A stretch of DNA of 63,932 nt, taken from positions 1-63,932 of the forward strand of contig QHRX01000027.1 in the NCBI GenBank assembly GCA_003221455.1, in the 5' to 3' direction. The DNA comes from Candidatus Rokuibacteriota bacterium. Its GTDB lineage: Bacteria > Methylomirabilota > Methylomirabilia > Rokubacteriales > CSP1-6. Shown in pieces: positions 19,629 through 28,982 of the stretch; positions within the stretch are counted from its first letter, which is position 1; the number at the start of each line of letters is the position of its first letter. A program made the position numbers and the translations under genes. The notes under the pieces were generated by a model. The model was not told the DNA's origin and did not search any database. It saw only the letters and a list, made by a program, of their open reading frames with translations.

Positions 19629-20150
19629 TCAGGGAGCCATCTGACCAGTCCGAAGGAGGTGGTAGACGACGAGGTCGGTTGGCGGTGGCGATCCGCTGCT
19701 CACCGTCAGCATGGTGGCGAGCTCGCTCCGGTGGTGCGTGGCGTGGTTCGCGACGTGTTGGAGAAGGGGCCCGAGAGCGAGTCGGAACTCCCTGCCCGCG
19801 GTGTTCCGGTAGGTCACGACTCGCGTCAGGTCGGTGACGGTGAGCCCCTGGATGAACGCGCGTTGCTCGCGTTCCAGGGCGTCCCAGCGCTCGCGGAGGA
19901 CCCCAAGGCTCGGGATCTCGTCGCCCGGGAGCTTCGTCGGGCTCGGGGACGTGCCGATCCACCGTTGGAGCCACGCCCAGTCGGCCCCGTAGATGTGCGC
20001 CAGCATGCGCCTGAGGGTTGGGAAGCTGAACTGCGTGCCTGCCTCCCGCGCTGCGACCTCCTCCCCCAGGCTGGCCGCGACGTCGAAGAGCCGGCGGTTG
20101 GCCCACCAGTGATACTCGTAGAGTCCTCGGATCAGCTCCACGCTCGCCAC
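19629..20150 (-). CDS. DinB/YfiT family protein
   Basis: YHWWANRRL, TL.HI.GAD..W, HVANHATHHRSEL; GTG start 20150 with SD. Confidence 0.85.
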   Translation of the reverse strand: MASVELIRGLYEYHWWANRRLFDVAASLGEEVAAREAGTQFSFPTLRRMLAHIYGADWAWLQRWIGTSPSPTKLPGDEIPSLGVLRERWDALEREQRAFIQGLTVTDLTRVVTYRNTAGREFRLALGPLLQHVANHATHHRSELATMLTVSSGSPPPTDLVVYHLLRTGQMAP

Positions 20151-20292
20151 CGGACCCCTCCCCCGCTCCTCCCGCTCTCTCCCTGCCGAACGGTCGTCCC
20201 CATGGAACACACTTCACCCGTCCCTGGCGTCCCGTGTCAAGGCGGCGGTGTGGGCTCGACACCCCCGCTCGACCGATCCGCGCGGGCGCGCC

Positions 20293-20967
20293 TCACCGGT
20301 CTCCTGCCGTCAGCGGCGGGCCGCCCCAGCGTTCGAGCGTCGCGAACTCCGGCACCGCTCGGCGCTTGAGCGTCGTGAGCTGCTTGGTTGGCCGGCCCAG
20401 CGGCATGATCGCGCACACCGCGACGTGCCGAGGGATGCCGAGAAGCTCCTGGAGCTTCGGTTCCTGGGCCACCGCCAAGGTGGTGATCGTTCCACCAAAT
20501 CCTTCGTGACGCGCGGCGAGCAGGATGTTCCACGCGAACGGATAGATCGAGGCCCCGCTCACGACCCCAACGCGCGCCAAGCCCTGATCCGTGGATGCGA
20601 CCACCCGGAGATCGACGCAGACGACGAGGATCACGGCCGCTCGCAGAAACGGCTCCGTCAGCCGGGCCGGCACCGGGGTCCGCTCGATGGTGCCGGCGTC
20701 GACCGCGGTCGGGTCGATGGTGTTCCAGGGATTCTCGCCGGCTTGGACCTGGGCGGCGTACCGCCGCGCGGCCGGCGCGCTCAGCGCGGCCAAAGCTTCC
20801 CGGGCCCTGCGGTCGCGAACGACGAAGACCCGCCAGCCCTGACGGTTGCCGCCGCTCGGCGCGAAGCGCGCGTTGTCCAGAATCCTGAAGAGGGTGTCGT
20901 TTGGCAGCGGGTCACCAGTGAAGTCCCGTGCCGCAAACGTGCTCCGCATGACGTCGTAGAGTTCCAT
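20293..20967 (-). CDS. Nitroreductase family protein
   Basis: RSTFAARDFT..P, ARFAPSGGNRQGW, SIYPFAWNILLAARHEG. Confidence 0.85.
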   Translation of the reverse strand: MELYDVMRSTFAARDFTGDPLPNDTLFRILDNARFAPSGGNRQGWRVFVVRDRRAREALAALSAPAARRYAAQVQAGENPWNTIDPTAVDAGTIERTPVPARLTEPFLRAAVILVVCVDLRVVASTDQGLARVGVVSGASIYPFAWNILLAARHEGFGGTITTLAVAQEPKLQELLGIPRHVAVCAIMPLGRPTKQLTTLKRRAVPEFATLERWGGPPLTAGDR

Positions 20968-21026
20968 CACTGCCCTCCGGGCTTGGCCGCGGCGCCTCCT
21001 GGGTCGTGTGTTTGCTGGCGACGTCC

Positions 21027-22103
21027 TCAGCGGAGGATTCGCTCGCCGGTCGTGCCGTCGAAGAAGAGGAGCTTGTCCTGGTCGAACATGAAGCGGCGGC
21101 GGTCGCCGACGGCGATCTTCTCGTCGGGGTCGACCGTGGCGACGATCGAAGTCGCCCCGCCGTAGTCGAGGAAGACGATCGTCTCGTCGCCGAGGGGCTC
21201 GAGGAGGCTCACCGTCGCCGTCCACCCGCCCGTCCCGTCGCGGAGGCGCACGTGCTCGGGGCGCACGCCGAGGACGGCGTCGTGCGCGGTGACGGCCTCG
21301 GCCGGACGGTCGAGGACGATAGTGACGCCGGCGGCCCGGAAGGCGAGCCGGCCCGCGTCCGCGGCGAACGCGCCGGCGACGAAGTTCATGGGGGGCACCC
21401 CGAAGAAGCCGGCGACAAAGTGGTTGACGGGGTCCGCATAGATGGCGAGGGGCGGCCCGACTTGCTGGACGACGCCGTACTGCATGACCACGATCCGGTC
21501 GGCCATCGTCATGGCCTCCGCCTGGTCGTGGGTGACGTAGAGGAATGTCGCCCGCAGGGTGGCGTGAAGCCGCTTGAGCTCGGTTCGCATCTCGACGCGG
21601 AGCCGGGCGTCCAGGCTCGAGAGCGGCTCGTCCATGAGGAAGGCGCGGGGGCGCATGACGATGGTCCGGGCGAGGGCCACCCGTTGCGCCTCGCCGCCCG
21701 AGAGGGTCGCCGGGCGCTTGCCGAGCAGGGGCGCCACGCGGACGGTCTCCGCGACCGCCTCCACCCGGGCCCGCACCTCCGCCGGCGGCGTCTTCCTGAT
21801 CCGGAGGGGGAAGGCGATGTTGTCGAAGACGCTCATGTGCGGGAAGAGCGCGAGGCTCTGGAAGACCATGCCGAGCTGCCGGTCGCGCGGCTCCCGGTCG
21901 GTGACACGCTCCCCGCCGATGTAGACGTCGCCCGCCGTCGGCGCCTCGAGCCCCGCGATCATGTTGAGCGTCGTGGTCTTGCCGCACCCGGAGGGGCCCA
22001 CGAGGACGACGAACTCGCCGTCGGGGATGTCGAGGCTCACCCCGTCCACGGCGCGGCTGGCGCCAAACGCCTTGGTGAGCCCCGCCAGCCGGATCCCGGC
22101 CAT
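21027..22103 (-). CDS. Carbohydrate ABC transporter ATP-binding subunit (MalK/UgpC-like)
   Basis: GPSGCGKT, LSGGE, MDEPLSSLD, YVTHDQAEA, TOBE tail. Confidence 0.93.
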   Translation of the reverse strand: MAGIRLAGLTKAFGASRAVDGVSLDIPDGEFVVLVGPSGCGKTTTLNMIAGLEAPTAGDVYIGGERVTDREPRDRQLGMVFQSLALFPHMSVFDNIAFPLRIRKTPPAEVRARVEAVAETVRVAPLLGKRPATLSGGEAQRVALARTIVMRPRAFLMDEPLSSLDARLRVEMRTELKRLHATLRATFLYVTHDQAEAMTMADRIVVMQYGVVQQVGPPLAIYADPVNHFVAGFFGVPPMNFVAGAFAADAGRLAFRAAGVTIVLDRPAEAVTAHDAVLGVRPEHVRLRDGTGGWTATVSLLEPLGDETIVFLDYGGATSIVATVDPDEKIAVGDRRRFMFDQDKLLFFDGTTGERILR

Positions 22104-22110
22104 CGCGCGC

Positions 22111-22971
22111 CTACTTTCTCAGGAGGCCGAAGCTGAAGCCCTTCACCAGGTGCTTCTGGATCAGGAAGCCCAGCGCGACCACCGGCAGGGTGGCGATCGC
22201 GCCGATTGCCGCCTGCGGGCCGTAGTCCCGCCCCTCGTTGACCGACTGGAACTTGTTGAGGGTGATCGGGATCGTGGAGACCTGGGTGTTGGTGAGGGTG
22301 AGGGCCAGGAGTAGCTCGCTCCAGTTGAGGATGAAGACGAACAGGAACGTCGCCACCAGGCCGGACACGGTGAGCGGCAGCACCACCGAGGAGAGGACGC
22401 GGAAGCGCGAGGCGCCCATCACGCGGGCGGCGCTCTCGAGTTCACTGGGTACGTCCTCGATGAACGCGAGCATCATCCAGATCACGTAGGGCAGGGACGT
22501 GGCGATGTAGACGAGGATGAGCCCGGCGTAGGTGTCGAGGAGGTGGAGGCTGACGTAGTAGACGAGGAACGGCACCGCGATGACGATCGGCGGCAGCATC
22601 CGGATCGTGAGCACGCTGTAGGGATAGTTCTTGCCGCCGGTGCCGAAGCGTGCCCAGCTGTACGCGAGCGCGCTCCCGAGGGCGACCGCGACGAGCGCGC
22701 TGGCGGTCGCGGTGAAGAGGCTGTCCCAGAGCGGCTTCAGCACCTTGAGCGTCTGTCGGCCCAGCTCGAAGATGGTCGATCCCGGCGTGAGCACCTGGGC
22801 GTAATTCTCGAGCGTCGGCTGCTCCGGGAACCAGTGGGGCGGCCAGGTGACCCATTCCCCCGAGTGCTTGAACGACGTGTTCAGCATCCAGTAGACAGGG
22901 ATGAGCGTCACCGCCGTCCAGGCGAGAAGGATGGCGTGCCGGACGAAGGCGACGAGCCAGCGTCGCTTCAT
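22111..22971 (-). CDS. Carbohydrate ABC permease
   Basis: WMLNTSFK, TLENY, ELESAARVMGAS EAA loop, FILNWSE. Confidence 0.9.
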   Translation of the reverse strand: MKRRWLVAFVRHAILLAWTAVTLIPVYWMLNTSFKHSGEWVTWPPHWFPEQPTLENYAQVLTPGSTIFELGRQTLKVLKPLWDSLFTATASALVAVALGSALAYSWARFGTGGKNYPYSVLTIRMLPPIVIAVPFLVYYVSLHLLDTYAGLILVYIATSLPYVIWMMLAFIEDVPSELESAARVMGASRFRVLSSVVLPLTVSGLVATFLFVFILNWSELLLALTLTNTQVSTIPITLNKFQSVNEGRDYGPQAAIGAIATLPVVALGFLIQKHLVKGFSFGLLRK

Positions 22972-23897
22972 CGGGCGGCCTCCTCCGCGAGCTGCCTCCG
23001 CTCTCGCCGGAGGATGTGGATCGCGATGACGGTATACATGACCACGACCACCATGAGGATGAGCGACATGGCGGCGGCGTCGGAGACGCGGGTGAAGTCC
23101 CAGCCGACGCGCCAGAGATAGACGGCGATGGTCTCGGTGGAGTTGCCCGGTCCGCCCTCCGTGAGCAGCACCGGGTAGTCGAAGATCTTGAGCGCCTCCA
23201 TGGACCGCAGGACGAGCGCGATCGCGAGCACCGGTTTCAGCAGCGGCAGCTCGACATAGCGGAAGATTTGCCAGCGGCTGGCGCCCATCGCCCGCGCCGC
23301 CCTGATGGGGTCGGGCGGTAGGCCGGCGAAGCCGGACAGCACGATGAGGAACACGAGCGAGGTCCATTGCCAGACGTCGGCGCCGACGATGGCCGCCTTC
23401 GCCATCCGGTAGTCGGAGATCCAGCGGACGGTGACCGGACGGCCGGCGAGCAGGCTCAGGATCTGGTTCAGTGGCCCCTGGTCGATCAGCAACATCGAGA
23501 GGTCGTAGCCGACCACCGCCGGCACGATCATCATCGGGAGCAGGAAGAGCGTCGTGTAGAAGCGGCGCCCACGGAACCGCTCGCGGCAGAGCAGGGCGAG
23601 CCCGAAGCCGAGGCCGAGCTCGAGGGGGACCGCGGCCGCCGCGAAGCCGAACGTCCGGATCACCGCCCACACGAAGCGCTCGTCCTGGACGGCGCCCGCG
23701 AAGTTGGCGGCACCGACGAAGGGCGCGTGCCACCAGACGCCGCGCGTGATCCGCCATGACACCAGGCTCAGGTAGACGAGGAGCACGAACGGCAGAAGGA
23801 GGAAGACGAGGAGGGCCTGCACGGGGACGAAGGGGAGCCACTTGAAGACCTGCTCCCGCTCGAGCCAGGACAGGGCCGCGCGTCGCGCCGCCGGCAT
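22968..23897 (-). CDS. Sugar ABC permease
   Basis: FVGAANF, LFLLPMMIVP, DVWQWT, AARAMGAS, EALKIFD, GGPGNSTET. Confidence 0.9.
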   Translation of the reverse strand: MPAARRAALSWLEREQVFKWLPFVPVQALLVFLLLPFVLLVYLSLVSWRITRGVWWHAPFVGAANFAGAVQDERFVWAVIRTFGFAAAAVPLELGLGFGLALLCRERFRGRRFYTTLFLLPMMIVPAVVGYDLSMLLIDQGPLNQILSLLAGRPVTVRWISDYRMAKAAIVGADVWQWTSLVFLIVLSGFAGLPPDPIRAARAMGASRWQIFRYVELPLLKPVLAIALVLRSMEALKIFDYPVLLTEGGPGNSTETIAVYLWRVGWDFTRVSDAAAMSLILMVVVVMYTVIAIHILRRERRQLAEEAAR

Positions 23898-25318
23898 CAG
23901 TCGGGAACGTTCTTCGTTGGGAACGCCCGCCTGAGGGCCTTCCACGCCTCGATCTGGGCGGTGCGGCCGACCTGGTCCGTGATCCTCTCCCAGGCCGTCG
24001 CCGTGCGGTTCAGGGCCTCCTCGGCGGAAATCCTGCCGAGGAGGGCCTCCTGGATATTCAGATCCAGCGCGTCGTCGTACTCCACGGCGCCCTGGAGAAG
24101 GATGAGCGGCGGCGAGACCTGCGCGTTGCGGAGGTGCGTCTCCACCATCTCCTTGGTCCGCGACCGGATGACGCGCGGATCGCTGCGGTGCGACTTCATG
24201 AACGGATCGAAGACGGAGTCGGTGTAGGTGACGAGGCGGGCCGAGACCTCCTTGCTCGTGAGCCACTGGATGAGCCAGTAGGCCGCTTCGGCGTGCTTCC
24301 CGTAGCTCGAGACGTAGAAGATGTTGCCGAAGCCCTGGATCGAGCGCCGGACGAGCTTTCCGCTCACGATGTAGCCAGGGACCAGGCAGTACGCGTTCTT
24401 GCCCCGGACCGTCGACTTCTCGGGGTGCTCGGCGGCGAGCGCGATCGACGGATAGGTCATGATCGAGAAGGCGTGGCCGGCCGCGTAGAACGGATAGGCC
24501 TGCGGCGTCGCCCAGCCCAGGATGTCCTTGGGCATATACCGGGTGAGGGCGATGTAGTCCCTGAGCGCCTCCACGCCTTCCTTCCCCACGACGAGCGGCC
24601 TCATGGCGTCGTCGAACGGCATCCCGCCCTTCGCGTAGAAGCGCTGGAGCCACCAGCGCCAGCCCCAGCTCCGCGCGCGGTAGGCCATCGCCCCGTAGAA
24701 ATCCGGCACCCCGTCGCCGTCGAAATCGCGGGTGAAGAACTCGGCGAGCTGCGCCCACTGCTCGTAGGTGTCGGGGCAGCCTGGGCCCCAACCGTACTTG
24801 GCGTGGAACTTCTGACGCTCGTCGGGCTTCTCGAGCCAGTCCTTTCGGAGGACGAGGATGAAGTTGTCGCCGTCGGCGAAGAGGCCGTAGGTCTTGCCCT
24901 TGTAGCGTCCCTGCTCGGCGAAGCCTCCGACCACGTCGTCCACGTCGGGCAGGCCGCGAGCCGCGAACTCGTCGATGGGGCGCGCGAGCCCCGCCTCCGC
25001 GGTATCGGGCAGGGAGATGGGGTCGCCGACCCAGAAGTCGAAGCTCCCGCTCTTGGCGACCGCCTCCGCCATGGCCTTGGCCTGGATCTGCAGGATGCCG
25101 ACCTCGATCAGGTCGCCGAGCCCGATCCCCGTCGCCTTCTCAAAGATCGGGATCTCACGTTCGAGGGCCTTCGTGTGAAAGGGGGAGGTGAGCATGTTGA
25201 GCTTGAGCGACGCGCCGTTGATCGCGCGCTCGTCCGCCGTCCTTCCCGGGACCTCTGCGGCCCCGGCGGTGCCGGACCAGACGAGCAGCACCGTCGCGAG
25301 CAGGGCCCGTCGCTTCAT
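23897..25318 (-). CDS. Carbohydrate-type extracellular solute-binding protein
   Basis: Signal peptide, TYGL..DG, LVLRKD, PDTYEQW..LAEFFT, AYWLIQWLTS; TGATG coupling to permease. Confidence 0.85.
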   Translation of the reverse strand: MKRRALLATVLLVWSGTAGAAEVPGRTADERAINGASLKLNMLTSPFHTKALEREIPIFEKATGIGLGDLIEVGILQIQAKAMAEAVAKSGSFDFWVGDPISLPDTAEAGLARPIDEFAARGLPDVDDVVGGFAEQGRYKGKTYGLFADGDNFILVLRKDWLEKPDERQKFHAKYGWGPGCPDTYEQWAQLAEFFTRDFDGDGVPDFYGAMAYRARSWGWRWWLQRFYAKGGMPFDDAMRPLVVGKEGVEALRDYIALTRYMPKDILGWATPQAYPFYAAGHAFSIMTYPSIALAAEHPEKSTVRGKNAYCLVPGYIVSGKLVRRSIQGFGNIFYVSSYGKHAEAAYWLIQWLTSKEVSARLVTYTDSVFDPFMKSHRSDPRVIRSRTKEMVETHLRNAQVSPPLILLQGAVEYDDALDLNIQEALLGRISAEEALNRTATAWERITDQVGRTAQIEAWKALRRAFPTKNVPD

Positions 25319-25365
25319 GATCGCCGCCTCCTGTGTCGTGGGGGCCGGGAGACCCAACACGCGGA

Positions 25366-25410
25366 CTATGAGGTCGGCGGCATCATAGGGACCGAGGTTT
25401 CGGGTGTCAA
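25366..25410 (-). promoter_or_regulatory. sigma70 promoter of ABC operon with overlapping inverted repeat
   Basis: On - strand TTGACA (25410-25405)-N17-TATGAT (25387-25382); CTATGA-N11-TCATAG at 25366-25388. Confidence 0.7.
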
Positions 25411-25762
25411 CCGCGGGCGACTCGGCAGTCCCCCGCCCCTGCTCAGCTCCCGACCGCCCCGCCGCGCTCGCTCAGGGGCGGCGGGCGACCGCCCGCGTGA
25501 CGGCGATGACACGTCACGCCGCCCTCCGTCCCCACGCCTGGTCTCCTCGGCCCTCCTTCGTCGCGCACGCGAAGCCCGACGGTCACTCCCCCTCTCGATC
25601 GCTCCCGGCTCCGGCGCTTGCGGTGGTTTCACTGCGAGCACGAGCGGCATCTTGGCCCGCTCCCCTCCTGCGCCTCTGGCTCGGGCCGCCGGACTTGGCC
25701 TCTCGCCGGGAGTCCGACGGCCCCCTCCCCGATCCACAGATTGCGCCGGGCGCGAAGTTCGA

Positions 25763-26509
25763 CTAGTCAGCCAACATTCCGCCGTCCACCGGGATCGACG
25801 CGCCGGTCATGTACGAGGCGTGTGCCGAAGCGACAAAGGCAATAACGTGAGCGATCTCCTCCGGTGTCGCGAGGCGTTTGATCGGCACGGTCGAGACGAG
25901 CGCGGCCTTATTCTCACCGGTATTGGTGAAGCGCGTGAGCATGCCCGTATCCGTCGTGCCCGGAGCCACCACGTTGACGCGGACACCGGTCCCCGCAATT
26001 TCCAGTGCGGCTGACTTTGTCAGCCCCTCGACCGCATGTTTGCTGGCTACATACACGGACGCCCCCGCCGCGCCGACACGTCCGTAGGCCGAGGAGACAT
26101 TCACGATACTTCCACTCCCTTGCGCGAGCATGACGCGCAGCTCATGCTTCATACTCAACAGGACACCTAAGACGTTCGTATCGAAGGTGGCCGCATAGCT
26201 CTCCGCGGTTTGCTCCGTTACGAGACCACGCAGCCCTTCGGTTCCAGCGTTGTTGACTGCGATGTCCAACCGGCCAAACTGCTTGATCGTCTGATCCACG
26301 AGATTGCGGACCTCAGCTTCGGACCGCACATCTGCCCGGATGAATTCGGCCTTCGCTCCGAGAGCCTGTAGCTCCGCCGCCAGATCCTGTCCTTCCTTCT
26401 CGCGACGCCCGGACACAACGACGTGCGCCCCTTGCTGCGCCAATACGACCGCGGTCGCTCGACCAATCCCTGTGAGTGCGCCTGTGATGAGAGCAACGGA
26501 CTCTGCCAT
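25763..26509 (-). CDS. SDR family oxidoreductase
   Basis: ITGALTGIG, VNNAG, YVASK (YxxxK), PGTTDT; visibly more A/T at third positions. Confidence 0.92.
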   Translation of the reverse strand: MAESVALITGALTGIGRATAVVLAQQGAHVVVSGRREKEGQDLAAELQALGAKAEFIRADVRSEAEVRNLVDQTIKQFGRLDIAVNNAGTEGLRGLVTEQTAESYAATFDTNVLGVLLSMKHELRVMLAQGSGSIVNVSSAYGRVGAAGASVYVASKHAVEGLTKSAALEIAGTGVRVNVVAPGTTDTGMLTRFTNTGENKAALVSTVPIKRLATPEEIAHVIAFVASAHASYMTGASIPVDGGMLAD

Positions 26510-26553
26510 GTCTGTCAGTCCTCCTTACCTCGTCTCGAAACGGTGTAATATGG

Positions 26554-26563
26554 ACGTACGTAC
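26554..26563. promoter_or_regulatory. Candidate TetR operator 1
   Basis: ACGTACGT palindrome upstream of SDR; same core recurs at 27333. Confidence 0.5.
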
Positions 26564-26701
26564 ACTGAGATGCCGGTCTCGGCGTCGTCGATTCAAGCTG
26601 GGACAGGGGTCCGGTCAGCGCCGTTTCGGCGAGGGATTATCGAACGTTGGATCGCCTCGAGGGCGGGGAGGGGGGTGAATTGCCGAGCCGCAGGGCGAGC
26701 C

Positions 26702-27283
26702 ATGCCTAAGCCATCCAACCGCGAAATGATTTTGACCGAAGGGCTGCGCGTCGTGCTGGAGCGCGGATTTTGCGGCGCGAGCGTCCGCGACGTTGTTCAC
26801 GCCGCCGGAGTTCCGCAGGGGTCATTCACCAATCACTTCGCGTCGAAAGAAGCCTTTGGTCTGGAGATCCTCGACCTCTACTTCGCCCACGTCCGTGACG
26901 GCATCCGGAAGACACTTCGCAACGACGCCCTGCCGCCGCTCGACCGGCTTCGGGCATGGGTGGACCTCCAGATCCGCTTTCTCAAGCAGGCGGAGATGCG
27001 GAACGGCTGTCTGATTGGCAACTTCAGTATTGAGGCCGCCGACCATAGCGAAGCGATCCGCCGGCGGCTCGTGGAGATATTCGATGAGATCCAGGAGTCG
27101 GTGGCGCACTGCTTACGGGCGGCCGTGAAGGCGCGTGAGCTCCGACGGGCCACGAACTGCGACGAACTGGCGAGTTTTCTGTACTCATCCCTTCAGGGCG
27201 CCATCCTGCAAGCCAAGGCGGAACGTAGCGCGATTCCTCTCGAACGATTCAAGCAGGTCCTCTTCTCTACGGTCCTACGGTAG
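26702..27283 (+). CDS. TetR/AcrR family regulator (NemR-like)
   Basis: GASVRDVVHAAGVPQGSFTNHFASKEAF HTH, GCLIGN, LQGAIL..K. Confidence 0.9.
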   Translation: MPKPSNREMILTEGLRVVLERGFCGASVRDVVHAAGVPQGSFTNHFASKEAFGLEILDLYFAHVRDGIRKTLRNDALPPLDRLRAWVDLQIRFLKQAEMRNGCLIGNFSIEAADHSEAIRRRLVEIFDEIQESVAHCLRAAVKARELRRATNCDELASFLYSSLQGAILQAKAERSAIPLERFKQVLFSTVLR

Positions 27284-27332
27284 GGGCCTCGGCGCCGTCG
27301 GCGCCATTTTTCGCGTCAACGGTCGACTTTTG

Positions 27333-27344
27333 ATACGTACGTAT
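27333..27344. promoter_or_regulatory. Candidate TetR operator 2
   Basis: Perfect palindrome ATACGTACGTAT abutting TATTAT, upstream of SDR remnant. Confidence 0.55.
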
Positions 27345-27405
27345 TATCCAGGGGCCATAGAGCGGAACCCTCCGAAGGCCGACAGACCAGGGCGACGGGA
27401 GGGCA

Positions 27406-27714
27406 ATGACATGGCCGATGTGCGGGCAAAGCCGATATCCCCGTCTCGAAAACACTCATGGCCGGCGGGACATCCGACATCGGCCGTGCGGTGGCCATGA
27501 AACTTGCGATGGACGGTTTCGAGGTGAATTCGGCGTGGGGTCCCACCGCAGACCTCGACGTGCGACTTTCGATCGCATGTTTGGCAACAATGTCCGTGCG
27601 CCGTTCTCCCTCGTCGCCGCCTTCGGTCCCCGGATGGCGGCCCGGGGTCGGGGCAGCATCATCAATATCAGCAGCATGGCGGGCCGGCTCGGCCTGCTCA
27701 ATGGCGCGGCCTAC
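27406..27714 (+). pseudogene. Frameshifted, truncated SDR remnant
   Basis: GGTSDIGRAVA.KLA in one frame; FDRMFGNNVRAPF...RGRGSIINISSMAG..G...AAY in another; stops at the catalytic Tyr. Confidence 0.8.
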
Positions 27715-27773
27715 CTACGCGCGCGCGCGACCCTCATCGGCCGGCCGCCACCGCGCGCCGATAGACAGGTAGA

Positions 27774-28811
27774 ATGAGAGCCGCCCGCCACGAGGCCGCG
27801 ATGTGGCTGACTGTCGCGATGCTCGGCTTGGCGTTCGGCCCGTCGGCGCTGGCGGAAACCTCGCCCACGGGGCCGGCGCGACGGTCCCACCCGCGACCCC
27901 GCGCGGTCCTGCTCGCGCACAAGTCCGGTGTCAACGCGATCGCCTTCGCGCCCGACGGCAAGACCCTCGCCTCGGGTGGTGCGGACGGCTCGATCATCCT
28001 GTGGGATGTCGCCGCGCGCGAGCCCCTCGCCGCCGTGCTCGCCGGCCCCAAGCAAGGGGTGAGCAGCGTCGCCTTCAGCCCGGACGGGAAGATCCTGGCG
28101 TCGGGAGGGGGCGACGGCACGGTCGTCACGTGGGATCTGGCTCGCCGCGAGCCCCTGGGCTCGCCGCTCGCCGGGCACGCGCAGGGGGTAACCAGCGTCG
28201 CCTTCAGCCCCGACGGCCGCACCCTCGCCTCGGCGAGCGACGACCGGACCGTGATCCTCTGGGATCTCGCCGCCCGCCGGCCCGAGGGACCATCGCTCGC
28301 CGGCCATCGGGACTGGATCGCCAGCGTCGCCTTCGCTCCCGACGGCAAGACGCTGGCCTCGGCGAGCGCGGACCGGACCGTCATCCTCTGGGACGTTGCT
28401 ACCCGCCGGCCTCTCGGCTCCCCGCTCAGCGGGCACGCGGGCTGGGTGGTCGGCGTCGCCTTCGCTCCCGACGGCAAGACGCTGGCGTCGGCAAGCGCTG
28501 ACCGGACCGTCATCCTCTGGGACGTGGCCGCCCACCGTCCGGTCGGCCCCCCGCTCGCCGGCCACCAGAATTGGGTCAGCAGCGTCGCCTTCAGCCCCGA
28601 CGGGAAGACCCTCGCCTCGGGAAGCGCCGACCGGACGCTTCTCCTCTGGGACGTCGCGACTCACCAAGCGCTCACCTCCCGGCTCTTCGGCGCGCACCGG
28701 CGAGGCGTCACCAGCGTCGTCTGGAGTCCGGATGGCGAGACTCTGGCTTCGGGCGGCGACGATAAGCGAATCATTTTCTGGGACCTCGGCCGGGAGGCCC
28801 GGTCGCGGTAA
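27774..28811 (+). CDS. Secreted WD40-repeat protein, 7 blades
   Basis: Hydrophobic signal then 7x GH..xV.SVAFSPDGKTLAS.S.D.TV.LWD with 43-aa (129-nt) period. Confidence 0.92.
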   Translation: MRAARHEAAMWLTVAMLGLAFGPSALAETSPTGPARRSHPRPRAVLLAHKSGVNAIAFAPDGKTLASGGADGSIILWDVAAREPLAAVLAGPKQGVSSVAFSPDGKILASGGGDGTVVTWDLARREPLGSPLAGHAQGVTSVAFSPDGRTLASASDDRTVILWDLAARRPEGPSLAGHRDWIASVAFAPDGKTLASASADRTVILWDVATRRPLGSPLSGHAGWVVGVAFAPDGKTLASASADRTVILWDVAAHRPVGPPLAGHQNWVSSVAFSPDGKTLASGSADRTLLLWDVATHQALTSRLFGAHRRGVTSVVWSPDGETLASGGDDKRIIFWDLGREARSR

Positions 28812-28856
28812 CGGCGTCGAGGGCCGCCGACGAGCCGACCCTTGCGAGTCCGGCCC

Positions 28857-28943
28857 GCCGCCGGCCGGATCCACCGTCGAGGCCGGCGCTCGGACGAGGC
28901 CGAGGCTGCGGCTCCATCCGGCAGTTGCAGGAGCTGGAGCGTG
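28857..28943 (+). repeat. Duplicated segment incl. 3' end of VOC gene
   Basis: GCCGGCCGGATC..CCACCGTCGA matches about 30971-30995; TGCGGCTCC.TC.GGCAGTTGCAGGAGCTGGAGCGTG matches about 31219-31254. Confidence 0.8.
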
Positions 28944-28982
28944 ATCGATGGCCTCAGGGGGACTCAGAAGAACTGAGCGGCG

